The notes beneath the pieces are model-generated. The model saw only the letters and a list, made by a program, of their open reading frames with translations. It was not told the DNA's origin and searched no databases. A stretch of DNA of 63,992 nt, counting the filler, from Chrysochromulina tobinii (taxonomy: Eukaryota): assembly GCA_001275005.1 (NCBI GenBank). It is 8 parts of 8 records of this genome, joined end to end, with 100 filler letters (N's around TTAATTAATTAA, not from the genome) between each part and the next. Parts side by side here need not be neighbours in the genome. Positions count along the whole stretch, not along the records: positions 1 to 11,709 come from JWZX01000351.1; positions 11,810 to 19,945 come from JWZX01000354.1; positions 20,046 to 21,567 come from JWZX01000355.1; positions 21,668 to 39,260 come from JWZX01000356.1; 4 more parts are not named here. One strand, given 5' to 3'. The position numbers and the translations under genes were made by a program. This document shows, in pieces, positions 10,116-21,790 of this stretch. Every line of letters starts with the position of its first letter. Position 1 is the stretch's first letter.

Positions 10116-11709
10116 ATGTCCGCAAAAGAAGGGGCTAATCCTGCTGTGAAATGCAACGTGAAAAAGGTCGCGATAATGGCCAACGTCTCCTTGGACGAGC
10201 TGGCTGGCTCCCTCGAAGCCTTCGAGCGCGCGCGAATGCTCGCCACGGCCGGAAAGCGCAAGCTCGACCGGATGCACGGAGCGCTCGACGTTGTCAAGGT
10301 AGTGCAAGAGCTTGGTAGCAGCAGCAGCAGCAGCGGCGGCAGGGGCGCAAGCGAGCACAGCGCGAGCCTGCTCAAGACTGAGGCGGAGCTCACGAGCTCA
10401 TTCGACGAGCTCGCACGCCTGCTCGAGCAGAGCGACGGTGGCGACGCCTTCAAGCGCACGCGTGCCGCCTGGTACGAGGCCGGTGGCCTCGCTGAGTTTG
10501 TGAGGGCCCACGCTGAGCTCGCGGCGTACTTACCGGCCATCGAGCGCGAGGTGGCGGAAGTTCGGGAGGAGTGGGAACAGGTGCAGCCCGCGCGCAAGGA
10601 GCTCGCCCGCCAGAAGCAGCGCGTCGCGCATCTGCAGGGTCAGATGTACGCGCGGCTCGAGCTCGGGTTCACTCTGCCGGCCAACCTGGGCGACGTGCTC
10701 GCCGAGCAGCAGGCGACGTGGCAGCGCGAGGAGTCGATGACTTCGCAGCAGCTTGCGCAGCACGTCGAGACGCTCGCCGCGCGCCGCGCGCACATGGAGC
10801 AGTCGCACCGCGAGCAAGGGTGGCGCAAGGGCGCCGAGCGCTTCGGAGAGGTGATGGGTCTGTCGTCCGAGGCGCTGCTGACGGTGCGGCTTGCGATCCT
10901 CGAGGCCGACGCGACGCAGCTGCGGCTGCGCGCGAAGGCGACGATGCGCGCGATGCACGAGCTCATGAGCCAGCATGAGCAGGTGCATGCCGAGCTGCAC
11001 GAGCTCACCGGCCAGCTCGAGCTTCTTACCGGTATTCGTGAGCTCCCCTGCTCCGAGACGCAGCTGCTCGCGGACGAGTACGAGGCGGCTGTCGAGGCCG
11101 AGGTGCTCCGCGGCACCCTGAGTACGCTCCGCCCGCGAGTCGCCGAGGCGGCGCACCTGCGGCTCGCGTGGCACGCCAAGGCAGGTGCATGCAAGGCTGG
11201 CGAGGCGCTGCATGCTCCCAACCTGCCGGCGCTCCACACGGCGCTCGTGGACGCGAAGCGGCTCGCAGATGCGGCAGAGCCGATACGTCGCCAGGAGCTT
11301 GTGCTGCGCGCCAAGCTCGCCAAGCTCCATGGGCGGCTCCAAGCGCTTGGCCAGCTGCGCACGCTCGCGGCGGCGGGCACCGACAGCGCCACGCTCGCTT
11401 CGGAGGCCGAGAGGCTCGCGAGTGCGGCGCGGCTGCAGCAGCTCCGGCTTTCAATGCGTGCGACCGACCTGCGGCTGCTGCACATGCGCCACGAGCGCGC
11501 CGAGGCGAACCTGCACGCGGCGGGCGGCGCGATCGTGTGCCTCAAGAAGCTCCGGTTCTCGCTGCACAACGCGCCGGCTGTGACCCACGAGGGTGGTCGC
11601 GCGAGTGCGGTCGCCGCGCGCGCGCTGGCGGCCGCTGCGGCGCACGATCCGCTCGGCGCAGGCGGCGGCGGCGGCGGCAGCGGCGGCAGCGGCGGCAGCA
11701 GCGGCGGCG
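10116..11709 (+). CDS. Hypothetical coiled-coil protein, 3' truncated at contig end
   Basis: An open frame of >530 codons rich in L/E/A/R heptads runs into the linker. No family recognised. Confidence 0.55.
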
Positions 11710-11809
11710 NNNNNNNNNNNNNNNNNNNNNNNNNNNNNNNNNNNNNNNNNNNNTTAATTAATTAANNNNNNNNNNNNNNNNNNNNNNNNNNNNNNNNNNN
11801 NNNNNNNNN
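11710..11809. other. Artificial contig linker (N-run, TTAATTAATTAA, N-run)
   Basis: Identical 100-bp spacers with stops in all six frames also occur at 19946-20045, 21568-21667, 39261-39360, 49522-49621, 57144-57243 and 62525-62624. Confidence 0.97.
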
Positions 11810-11969
11810 GGCCACACGCTCTTCCGACCGGCTGCAGATGGTCAACTTTCATCACCTGCGTCCCTCTCGCCCCTTCCCCCTTCGCCTCTCGCCCCTTCCC
11901 CCTTCGCCTCTCACCCCTTCCCATTTGATGCCTTCCTCCTCCACCCCCTCGCCCTCGCCCTCCCGCCAG

Positions 11970-12530
11970 AAAATCGGTTCGATCATCCATCAGGTGGGCG
12001 ACGCTGTGGGGGTGGACACTACGCGTCTTTCCCTCGCCGACTCGCCCCAGTCTTCCCTCGGCTCCGCCCCAACCTCGGGCGATCACCCGGGCATCGACGG
12101 CGTCGACAGTGTCGCCTCCGACAGCATGTCACACCTGCCCAAGAAGGAGTACATGCTGCATGCCGCCGCCAAAGCCCTTTCGGTCTCGGATCTTGCCAAG
12201 GCCGCCGCGGGCGCTCACGGCGGCGCTCATGGCGGCACATCGCCCTCAGGCAGCGGCTCCGGCTCGCCCCGCGCCTCGATACGCGAGTCAATCGAGAGTT
12301 CATTTAAGCCCAAGGGCGATGTGGAGGACGACGAGGACGAGGACGAGGCCGATGAGGCCGAGGACGCCTCTGATGAGCGCTCTAACTTGACGGATGACAA
12401 TGGCACGCACGAGCTCGCCGACGCCGTGCCCGTCGCGCCTGTGCGCAGTCACAGCCGCCAGCCCAGTACCGGGCTCAGCCGCTCAGCCAGCGCCTTCGGG
12501 TTGCCCTCCTCGCCTTCGAAGCCCAAGGCG

Positions 12531-12571
<41 letters not shown>

Positions 12572-15500
12572 GAGCGGCGGCGGCGAGGTCAGCGAGATGG
12601 AGGGCCCCTCAACGTCCACGCGAGAGCGACGGATCACTTCCGCTCCGATCGCCTCCATTGAGCAGGTGAGGATGGCCTCATAATGGTCTCTTGATTGGGC
12701 CTTGATTGGGCCTTGATTGGGCCTTGATTGGTCTCTTGATTGGGCCTTGATTGGGCAGGAGCGCCAACTCGCCATTCACACTCCATCGCCACTCACACTC
12801 GTTCGACATTCACACTCCATCGCCATTCACACTCGCAGGAGCGCCAACTCGCGATCCGGAAGTTCAACGAGAAGGCCAAGGCCGGCATCGCCTACCTGCT
12901 CGAGAGACGCGTCGTGCCGCGCACGCCGGACGCCGTCGCGGAGTTCCTCCAGGGCACCAAAGGGCTCTCCAAGCGGCGCATCGGCGATTATCTCGGCGAG
13001 CCGAGCGACTTCAACACGGCGGTGCTGCGAGCGTACACTGGTCTCTTCAACTTCTCGTCGATGCATTTTGTAGAGGTGTGCTCGCCGTGTGCTCGCATGC
13101 TCGCCGTGCTCGCCGTGTGCTCGCGTGACGGTGTGATTGGGTGAATGTGAACGGCGTGATTGGGTGAGTGCCATTCGAGTTCTGATCGAGGCCAAGGCCT
13201 TGGGGGATGCCTAATTTGGGATGCCTACTTTGGGATGCCTTATTTGGGATGCCTACTTTGGGATGCGCAGGCGGTTCGTGCGTACCTCTCGTCATTTCGA
13301 CTGCCGGGCGAAGCCCAAAAGATCGATCGCATCATGGAGTCTTTCTCGGCTGCCTACTGCTCCCAAAACCCGTCCGTCTTCGCCAATAGCGACGCGGCAT
13401 ACGTGCTCGCCTTCGCCATCATCATGCTCAACACAGGTGCGCGGACCACCGATTGCTCAACACAGCGCCCATCACCGTGTGCCACTTGAATGCCACTCAT
13501 GACCACTTGAATGCCACCCATGATCACTTGAATGCCACCCATCGGCTCCACTCGGCACCACTAATGACCATCATGCCACTAATGCCCCATGCCACTAATG
13601 ACCCATCGGCACCACTCGGCACTTGCCCTCGCCCAGATGCGCATTCCATCAAGATCTCGAGCAAGATGACGCTCGAGCAGTTCATCTCAAACAACCGCGG
13701 CATCAACGACGGCGGCGACCTGCCGCAGCAGCTGCTAGCGAACGTGTACCACGACATCACGCATCGCGAGATCAAGACAGGTACCGAGTTCGATGATCTC
13801 GCCGAGGCCGAGCTCATGGATTGGCTGCGCCAGGTGAGTGTCGTTAATTGCCTCTTGATTGCCCCTTGATTGCCTCTTCTGATGATCTCGCCGAGACCGA
13901 GCTCATGGATTGGCTGCGCCAGGTGAGTGGCCCTGATGACCCCTGAGGACCCCTGATGACCCCTCGGATGGCCTCGGATGACCCCGAATAACCACCGATG
14001 GCCACCGACGGCCACTGAGTGTGCTCCCTGTGCCCTTGGCGCCCTCATCACGCCCTCATCACGCCCTCATCACGCCCTCGTCACGATCTCGTCACGATCT
14101 CGTCAGGGGACCGAGTTCCAAAAGTACACGCACGGGAGCTTCGCCACGCGCGCGTCGCACCCCTGTCGTCTTTTCGTGCGCCATGACAAGCCCCCCGGGC
14201 ACCTCTGCTATACCAACCTCTCCTCACGAAACCGAAAGGAGAAGTCCTTCCCGCTCGATGAGATCTCCGAGGTACGAGATTGAGATTGAGATTGAGATTG
14301 AGATTGATGGAGCTTGATCAGGCACCTGAGTGCGCCATAGTGCGCGCCCCCACGCCCCTCCGCTCCCCACACTTATTACCCCCCCTCATCCCCCCTCATC
14401 CCCCCTCCCATCCTATCCCCACCAGGTACTCGTCGGTCCCGTCTCCGATGTGTTTCGTCGGCATGGCGTCGCGCCCGAGGACGGTGCCACGTGCTTCTCA
14501 TTGGTGGTTTCGTCCGATGACGGTCGGGGTCGCACCCTCGATCTGCGCGCGAGATCGGCCGATGAGGTCACCGTTTGGACTGCGTACTTCCGCCAGGTGC
14601 GTGATTGCGTCTGATTGCGTACTTCCGCCAGTTGCGTCTGATTGCTTGCTAACCTGAGTACTGCCTGCCTGTGTGCGTACGTGCCTGGGTGCTAACCTGC
14701 CTGAGTGATCATCTGTTTGAGTGCTCACCTGAGTGCTCGCCTGCCGTCCCCTCTGATGTGTCCGCGCGCCGTACCGGTACCGGCAGGTGGTTGAGCGCTC
14801 GCGCCTCGAAGCGCATGCACGACGGGTAGCGATGCGCAATCAGCCGCGCGAGAAGTTCATCGAGATGGCCTCTCGCGTGTGGGAGCAGGTGATTGCCACT
14901 GATGACGTCTGATTGCGTCGGATGACGTCTGATCGCCACGTGGCGCAGGAGGTCCTCCCTCGCTGATGACGTCTGATGACCTCTGATGACACCTAATTGC
15001 CTCCCTCATCAGGAGGTCCTCCCTCGCTGGTCCGAGGAGTGTACGAGCCAACGCACCCGTCTGCTCTGGTGGGAAGGCATACCCGAGCACTTCCGTAGCG
15101 CTGTCTGGCCTCGCGCCCTCGCCCCTGTGGGAAGTGCCGAGGGCTCACTGCCAGTGGGCGTGCTTGCCTTTGACCGGATTAGGACGATGGTGAGTCACGA
15201 AGACCGTCTGGCCGCCGCGTCCACTGCGAAGGCCTTCTTCTCACCGCCATCCAGACCGACGGCGGAGGCGGCGACGGCGGCGGAGGTGGCGGCGGCTGCG
15301 GCGGCGGACGGCGGCAGCCACGGCGGCGGCAGCAGCAGCAGCAGCAGCGGCGGCGGCGGCCTGAGCGGCGTCAGGGGCAACGGCGGCCTCGGTGGTCATC
15401 TCCCTCCCGAGCTCAACATGTTCACCTCGCCGGAATCTCCGCTCAACGCCTCCCTGATCGCGCTGCTCGCCTGCTGCCACGCCAGCGCCCGCCACGACGG

Positions 15501-16479
15501 CCCCCCCCCGCCCCCCGCCGCGCCACTGCTTGGATGCATGCTGCTCCTATATATGGACGAGCCGATGGCGTACGCATGCATGCAATGCCTCGCGGACTCG
15601 CACTGCGTCGGTGCGCGCGCGGTCAATGAGCGAAAGCTTTGGCGGCTCAGGGCGGCTGAGGCGATGTTCGCGCGCGAGGTGAGTGCCGCCGAGTGCCGCC
15701 TGAGTGCCGCCTGAGTGCCGAGTGTCTCTGATCGCGCTGTGACGAGCGCTCTGACGAACCTGCGCTCTGACGAGCCTGCGCTCTGACGAACCTTCGCACG
15801 CGCGCGTGCACGCAGGTGCCCGAGCTGCAGGCTCACTTTGACAAGCTCGGGGTGCTCACGAGCGAGTGGCTGCCCGAATGGTTTGCAACTCTCTTCCTGT
15901 CGACGCTGCCGCTGGACTTGGCCGCGCGCGTGTGGGATTGCTATTTGCGTGATGGCGAGACGTTGCTGTGGCGTGTGAGCCTCGCGCTGCTCGAGCTGCT
16001 TGCTCCGCGATTGCTCTCGACGTGCCACACGCAGGTGATGACCGCCGCTGATGACCGCTGATGACCGCTGATGACCTCTGACGACCTCTCTGATGACCGC
16101 TGATGACCGCTCGGCGTGCCACACGCAGGCCGCATGCCTCGACCTCCTCCTCGAGGCGCGTCTGAGCGATCTCGCAAACGAGAAGGCTCTCTTTGGGCTG
16201 CTCCAGGCCGAAGAGGGCAAGGAGGCCGACCGGCTAGCGGACGTGTGGGCGGACCTCGGCCAACGGCTGCCGATGCCCTCCCCCGAGAACGCCAACCCGG
16301 TCTGCTACGACTTGTGGACCAACTCCATCTTCGAGGGCGCCAACGGAGCAACGGGCGACGACCACGGCGGAGGGCACGCACGGACCGGTACCTCCTCCGC
16401 GCAGAGCGAGCGAGCGCCCGTCACAGCGCCCCCGCCCACGACGACGCGAGAGAAGAAGAAGGGCTGGTTCTCCAAATGA
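11970..16479 (+). CDS. Sec7-PH-TBC Arf-GEF (TBS-like), 5' partial, at least 10 exons
   Basis: Exons 11970-12665, 12839-13075, 13271-13436, 13637-13833, 14107-14271, 14426-14596, 14787-14888, 15013-15678, 15816-16034 and 16129-16479 join in frame through GT-AG introns. Sec7: [66 protein letters not shown]...[64 protein letters not shown]. Confidence 0.88.
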
Positions 16480-16956
16480 GGCCTCTCCCAATCTCTCCCA
16501 AACTCTCCCAAACTCGTGACTTGGGTGTTCCAGCGAAGTGGGGATGGCCGGGGGACGCCCAGCGCAGCGCGTATGGGCTTGAGACGCGTGGTTGTCGGGG
16601 GCGCCGTTTCGGTGCAAGCGAAGAATGGCGGGGCGGCGCCCGGGGCGGCGTCACATTTTTAGGGGCGGCGCCCGGGGCCGGTGTGTTCGGAATCGAAGGG
16701 AGGTGCAGGGAGGTGTGTGCAGGCAGCGGCCCAGCAGGGTCCGTCCCGTCTCTCAGGACAGCGCGGGCGGTGTCGCTGTATGAAATGTTAAAAACGGACC
16801 ACACAGTACAGCGGGGTGTGTGTCCCGGCTCCCCCCGCGCCATGCCGAGATAACGTGAACGTGAACGCGAAACCACTGCGAATCTGAAATTCCGTGCGGA
16901 AAATCCCACAGCTCGAGGAAGGACGGTTCCGTCGCACGTCTCTCCCATCCGCGTGC

Positions 16957-18334
16957 ATGGGTGCCGGAGCCTCGACCATGCTCCCAGAGCTCGTCGACAA
17001 GCAGCAGGCCAAGGCGGCGGCCGGCGACAGGTTTGATGAAGCCGCCTTTGACGCCGCCGCGGTCGATGGCAGGGTCCCGCGTGCGGTGCTCATGGAAATC
17101 TCGTCATGGCTACAGGCACTCCGAGATGGGGCCACAGAGCTCGATTTCTCAGGTCCGACACTGCTGGGTGGCCGGGTCGGCGCGGGCACGGACAGCCATG
17201 CAAATGTGGAACCATGCTGATATGCGCGCGCTCGGCGGCGCGTCGGGTCCTATTGCCACGGTCGCGCGGTCTTTTGAGTTGTGACGCTTGCCGTTTGGGT
17301 TGGGTGTTGCACGCCGCAGGAAAGATCGGCGATGTCGGCGCGAGAGCTCTGGCGACCTCGCTCGAGAAGAACACGACGCTCAAGAAGCTCAATTTGGAAA
17401 GTGCGCGGCTATGTGCTCGGTGGAGGGGGGTTGAACAGCGATCGCGTTTCATTGTGTTGGGCCGTGCTCCTCAAGGCGTCGGGTCCCCTTGCCGGGCGCG
17501 TGGCTCCTCCTCTTGTCGGCGTGACGCTTGCCGTGTGGGTTGCGTGCTGTGCACGCCGCAGGCAATGGCATCGGCGACGACGGCGCGAGAGCTCTGGCGG
17601 CGTCGCTCGAGAAGAACACGACGCTCAAGGAGCTCGGCCTCTACGGTGCGCGGCTCTGTGCTCGCGGTGGCTGTGGGAAAGGGGGATGTGTGGCGCGGTC
17701 CCACGGCCGGCGGCTGCGCGCGGGCGCGCACGATGCAGAGCGAGCTCGCGCGTGCAGCTGGGCGGCGCGCGTGCGGCGTCGGGTCCCCTTGCCGGGCGCG
17801 TGGCTCCTCTTTCTTGCCGGCGTGACGCTTTTGCCGTGTGGGTTGGGTGCTGTGCACGCCGCAGGGAATAAGATCGGCAACGACGGCGCGAGAGCTCTGG
17901 CGGCCTCGCTCGAGAAGAACAGGACGCTCACAATGCTCGGCCTCGAAGGTGCGCAGCTCTGTGCTAGTGATGGCTGGGGAGGGGGGGCGTGTGGCGCGGT
18001 ATCACGGCCGGCGGCTGCGCGCGGGCGCACGATGCAGAGCGAGCTCGCGCTTGCAGTTGGGCGGCGCGCGCGTGCGGCGTCGGGTCCCCTTGGCGGGCGC
18101 GTGGCTCCTCCTCTTGCCGGCGTGACGCTTTTGCCGTGTGAGTTGGGTGCTGTGCACGGCGCAGGGAACAAGATCAGTTTCGAAGACGTGAAAGCGCTGG
18201 AAGCCTTGCTCAAGGTTCCCCTCCGTGCCAAGAAAGCGGCCGACAAGGCGGCGGCCGACAAGGCGGCGGCCGCGAAGGCGGCATCCGACAATGCCACGGA
18301 ATTTCAGTTCTTGGCAGTGTGTGAAAGTGTGTGA
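16957..18334 (+). CDS. N-myristoylated RI-type (NLRC3-like) leucine-rich-repeat protein, 5 exons, ~204 aa
   Basis: Starts MGAGAS. Exons 16957-17152, 17320-17400, 17562-17645, 17865-17948 and 18165-18334 are separated by phase-1 GT-AG introns. Repeat consensus NxIGDDGARALAASLEKNTTLKELxL. Confidence 0.8.
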
Positions 18335-19452
18335 CCTGGTGCTGGTTGCGTCGGCATGCGCGGGCCCCGCGGGGGCGGCCTTCACGTACGTTGGTTCCAT
18401 CGGATGGCATCCGACAACCTCGGCTAGAGTCGCACCTCGTCGAACCGGGGGCCTCGTGTGAACGTTAACTCGACAGACGTGACAGACGCGATAAAATATT
18501 GGGGGGGAGCCGAGACACACACAACCAGTGCTCGTGCGTGACGAACTTAGGTTTTTGATTTGCCGGGGAGTCGTGCCTTCCAGGGGCTACAGCATGCGGG
18601 GACGAGGGGGAACTTGGGGATTTCTTAGGAAGGTACGAGATCGAATCCCCATCCGCCTTGTGTACTTTGCTCACGTAGCGCGGTCGTGATCGAGTCCCAT
18701 GTGCCCGATCCAATTGGCCCGATCCCATGAGCCTCTACGGACTTCTACGGACTACACGAACGGGTCGCGTCGGTGGACGGTGCGGCCTGGACCCGCCGCT
18801 CGCGCCTGCGCTCGCGGGGACGCCGGTGCTGACTGGCCTCGAGGTGCCCCTCGACGTTCCCCCCATGCTACGCGACAGACCCACGAGGGTGGCCCCGGGT
18901 CGTGCGCCTAGTACGCGAGTAAGGTCCTTAGCCTAAGGTGATGAAGTGATGCCGCGATTTCGCGTCTTATTTACGCGGGCTTATTTTACGCCTGGCAAGA
19001 CGCCGGGATCATCCCGGCCTAGCCCACGATGACGGCCTCAGGCGGTGCGCTGGCCGCCGCTCGCCCGGACACAGTCGAGTAGGCCGCACTTGATTCGTAC
19101 GGTACAGGGCTGCCTCAGGCCATTGCCTCAGGCATTTCCTTCGGACGGCATCGTGATGGTGCACACGTCGCGCTCGGGGGTGGGCGATCTTGTACCCCGC
19201 GATCGCTGAGGCTCGGGTATGAGGCTCGGATGACGCAAACTTACAGCATATAGAAAGTCGAAAAATAATTCACACGAAATCATTAAATACAAGTAAATCA
19301 CTAAATAGGGTTTAAACGAAACTTGTGTTACGGTTGTTTTCTGCTGCGCTGTGCTCTCACTCCTTGCCTGGTGCACCAAGCTGCCCTGCAACGAGACCAG
19401 TGACTTTCCCGACTTGTTCTCCGTGCAGCTTCTGCCCAGCCACCGCCGTGGG

Positions 19453-19945
19453 ATGCTGACAGCCACAATCGCCTTCGCGTTAGTCGCCTCGGTTCGTCGG
19501 GACCAACTCCAAAGCGGCCAAACCATCAGCCAGGATGCAGCCCCGGCATCCATGGAGCCGGCTGCTCACATGCACGCCCCACGTGAACGGCGACAACCAC
19601 GTGATTCTCACCGAGAACTGATGCTCAATACGCATTTCCCTCACACGCATACCCCTCACACGCATGCCCCTCACACGCATTATCCGCCGCCTGCGCCGCC
19701 CCCCCCGCCTCGTGCGCCGTCTCCTCCTCCATACCCACCCGGTGTGGCGCCGAGGCCGCCACCCCTCTCGCCACCTCCAAGACCACCACCGCGCCCACCG
19801 CCCTCGCCACCGCCCTCGCTGCCTCCCTCGCCGCCGCCGCCATCGCCACCGCCATCGCCACCGCCGCCGTGGCCGCCCCCACCGTTGCCTCCGCCGCCCT
19901 CACCACCTCCACCCAGTCCACCGCCAAGGCCACCGCCCTCCCCAC
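19453..19945 (+). CDS. Secreted Ser-Pro(n)-rich (extensin/pherophorin-like) protein, 3' truncated
   Basis: Signal-like MLTATIAFALVAS, an HRELM motif, (HTHxP)n, then SPPPP repeats running into the linker. Confidence 0.6.
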
Positions 19946-20045
19946 NNNNNNNNNNNNNNNNNNNNNNNNNNNNNNNNNNNNNNNNNNNNTTAATTAATTA
20001 ANNNNNNNNNNNNNNNNNNNNNNNNNNNNNNNNNNNNNNNNNNNN

Positions 20046-21526
20046 TGCGACCAGTGCATAGAAGAGAAGTCGTTGTACGGGTCTGAGGCTGTTTGCGAAA
20101 GGTAAAAGTTGTCGAGCATGTGGAGAAATTGCAAGAGAGACGCAGCAGCATCGTCATCAGTGTCGTCGCGGTGCGACATGGAATGCAAGAGAAACCGTTG
20201 GACCTCCTCCAGTGAGTAATGCAGGCACCCCTTCGGTGGAGATTTCGGAAGGGTAGATTCGAGTTGTTGCATGACATACTGAGTAGCTTCCTTCTTTGTG
20301 GCGGAGTCGTGCACGCCCTTGGTCAGAAACAACCGGGCGAGGGCCTCGTGAAGGCTTGGACGACAGAGGCGGTAAGAATCTGGATCAGTAAGGACACGTC
20401 TGACGTCAGCCTCGAATTTAGTGACGGGGTTAGAGAAGGTCTGGGAGCGAGTGTTGAATTCACATCCCTTCAGTAGTTGGACACAGACTTGGTGCAGATG
20501 AGTCGACCATGCGGCGGGCGAGTTGGTCGAACCGTCCACACGGCCCGGTGGGGGAGGGTGACCATACCAAACGGGTGGAGTCGTAAAGTTTTCAGCCAGG
20601 CACTCACGAACGGCAACCTCGAGAGTCAGACCCTTCAGATCGAACCCACGCGGGGGTGAAGGGGGGGGCTCATCGAAAGGGGAACCAAGGCCAGCGGAAG
20701 TGGAGCCCGTTGGAGGCGGCGAGACACCATGAGCACGAAGAGCCACAGCGACAGCCGCAGCAACTCGGGCATCGAAATCAGCAGAGGAAGCAAGTGGCTC
20801 GAGAGTCGGAGGCGACCCAACCTTGCGCAAGTTGTCGACCAAATTCGTAATATCCGCCACAATTTTGTCTAGTTTGGCATCGAAAGAGGCCTCAAGTTGG
20901 AGCCGAGTAGCGGCGGCACTGCTGAGATTTGCCGAGGCCGAGTTGAACGAAGTGGCCGAAGCTGGGGTGCCGAGTGAAGATGGCGAAGTGATGAGCGAAC
21001 CACGCTCGCTTGCGATAGGGACAGAAGATTGCAGGCGAGTCGAGGCGGTGAAGTGATCGGATGGAGTGGCCGAAGCCGGTTGAGAATGGGTGGCCGAAGC
21101 CGAGTTGAACGAAGTGGCCGAAGCCGAGGTGCCGAGTGAAGATGGCGAAGTGATGGACAAAGAACGCTCGCTTGCAATAGTGGCAGGAAAGTGCAGGCGA
21201 GTCGAGGAGAGACCATCGGTAGTATTGATAGGAACAGATTGCGCGGTGCGCTGAATGTAGGGGGTGGCCGAAGCCGTGTTGAACGAAGTGGTCGAAGCTG
21301 AAGTGCCGAGTGAAGATGGCGAAGTGATGGACAAAGAACGCTCGCTTGCGATAGTGGCAGGAAAGTGCAGGCGAGTCGAGGAGAGCCCATCGGTCGTAGT
21401 GGGTGGCGCACCAGAAGCAGTGCCAGTCGTAGGGTTGCCAAACGCGCAAGCAAGCGGAGCTGGCGTCGTGTAGGCTGTATAGGCGTCGGAATTTGTCACG
21501 TCACTCGAAGAGGCCGATGGTGGCAT
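20046..21526 (-). CDS. Hypothetical protein with three internal S/T-rich repeats, 3' truncated; possibly ORF1/Gag of a mobile element
   Basis: An intronless ~490-codon frame fills a small contig and appears less GC-biased than the neighbouring genes. STRL...IASERxxxITSPSSLGTxAS occurs three times, spaced 174 and 162 bp. No diagnostic TE motif was seen. Confidence 0.5.
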
Positions 21527-21790
21527 ACGAGAGTCGAGACCGTAAATTGGGACAGATTGGTTCGCAANNNNNNNNNNNNNNNNNNNNNNNNNNNNNNNNN
21601 NNNNNNNNNNNTTAATTAATTAANNNNNNNNNNNNNNNNNNNNNNNNNNNNNNNNNNNNNNNNNNNNCATCTCATTGGTCGGAGGGCCAGATATGTCGGG
21701 GGGGGGCAAACGATTGCGGTGTTCCCACCACTGGGAGCACCCTCAAACCTTAACTCTCGGGAAATCGCTCCAGACGTGGTGGGGCGAGAC

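Noticed and set aside
18335..19330. Short hairpins (CCTTAGCCTAAGG; GCCGGGATCATCCCGGC followed by CTAG) suggesting a Helitron end
   Set aside because: The hairpin-to-CTAG spacing is atypical, and no 5' end or Rep/helicase sequence was found.
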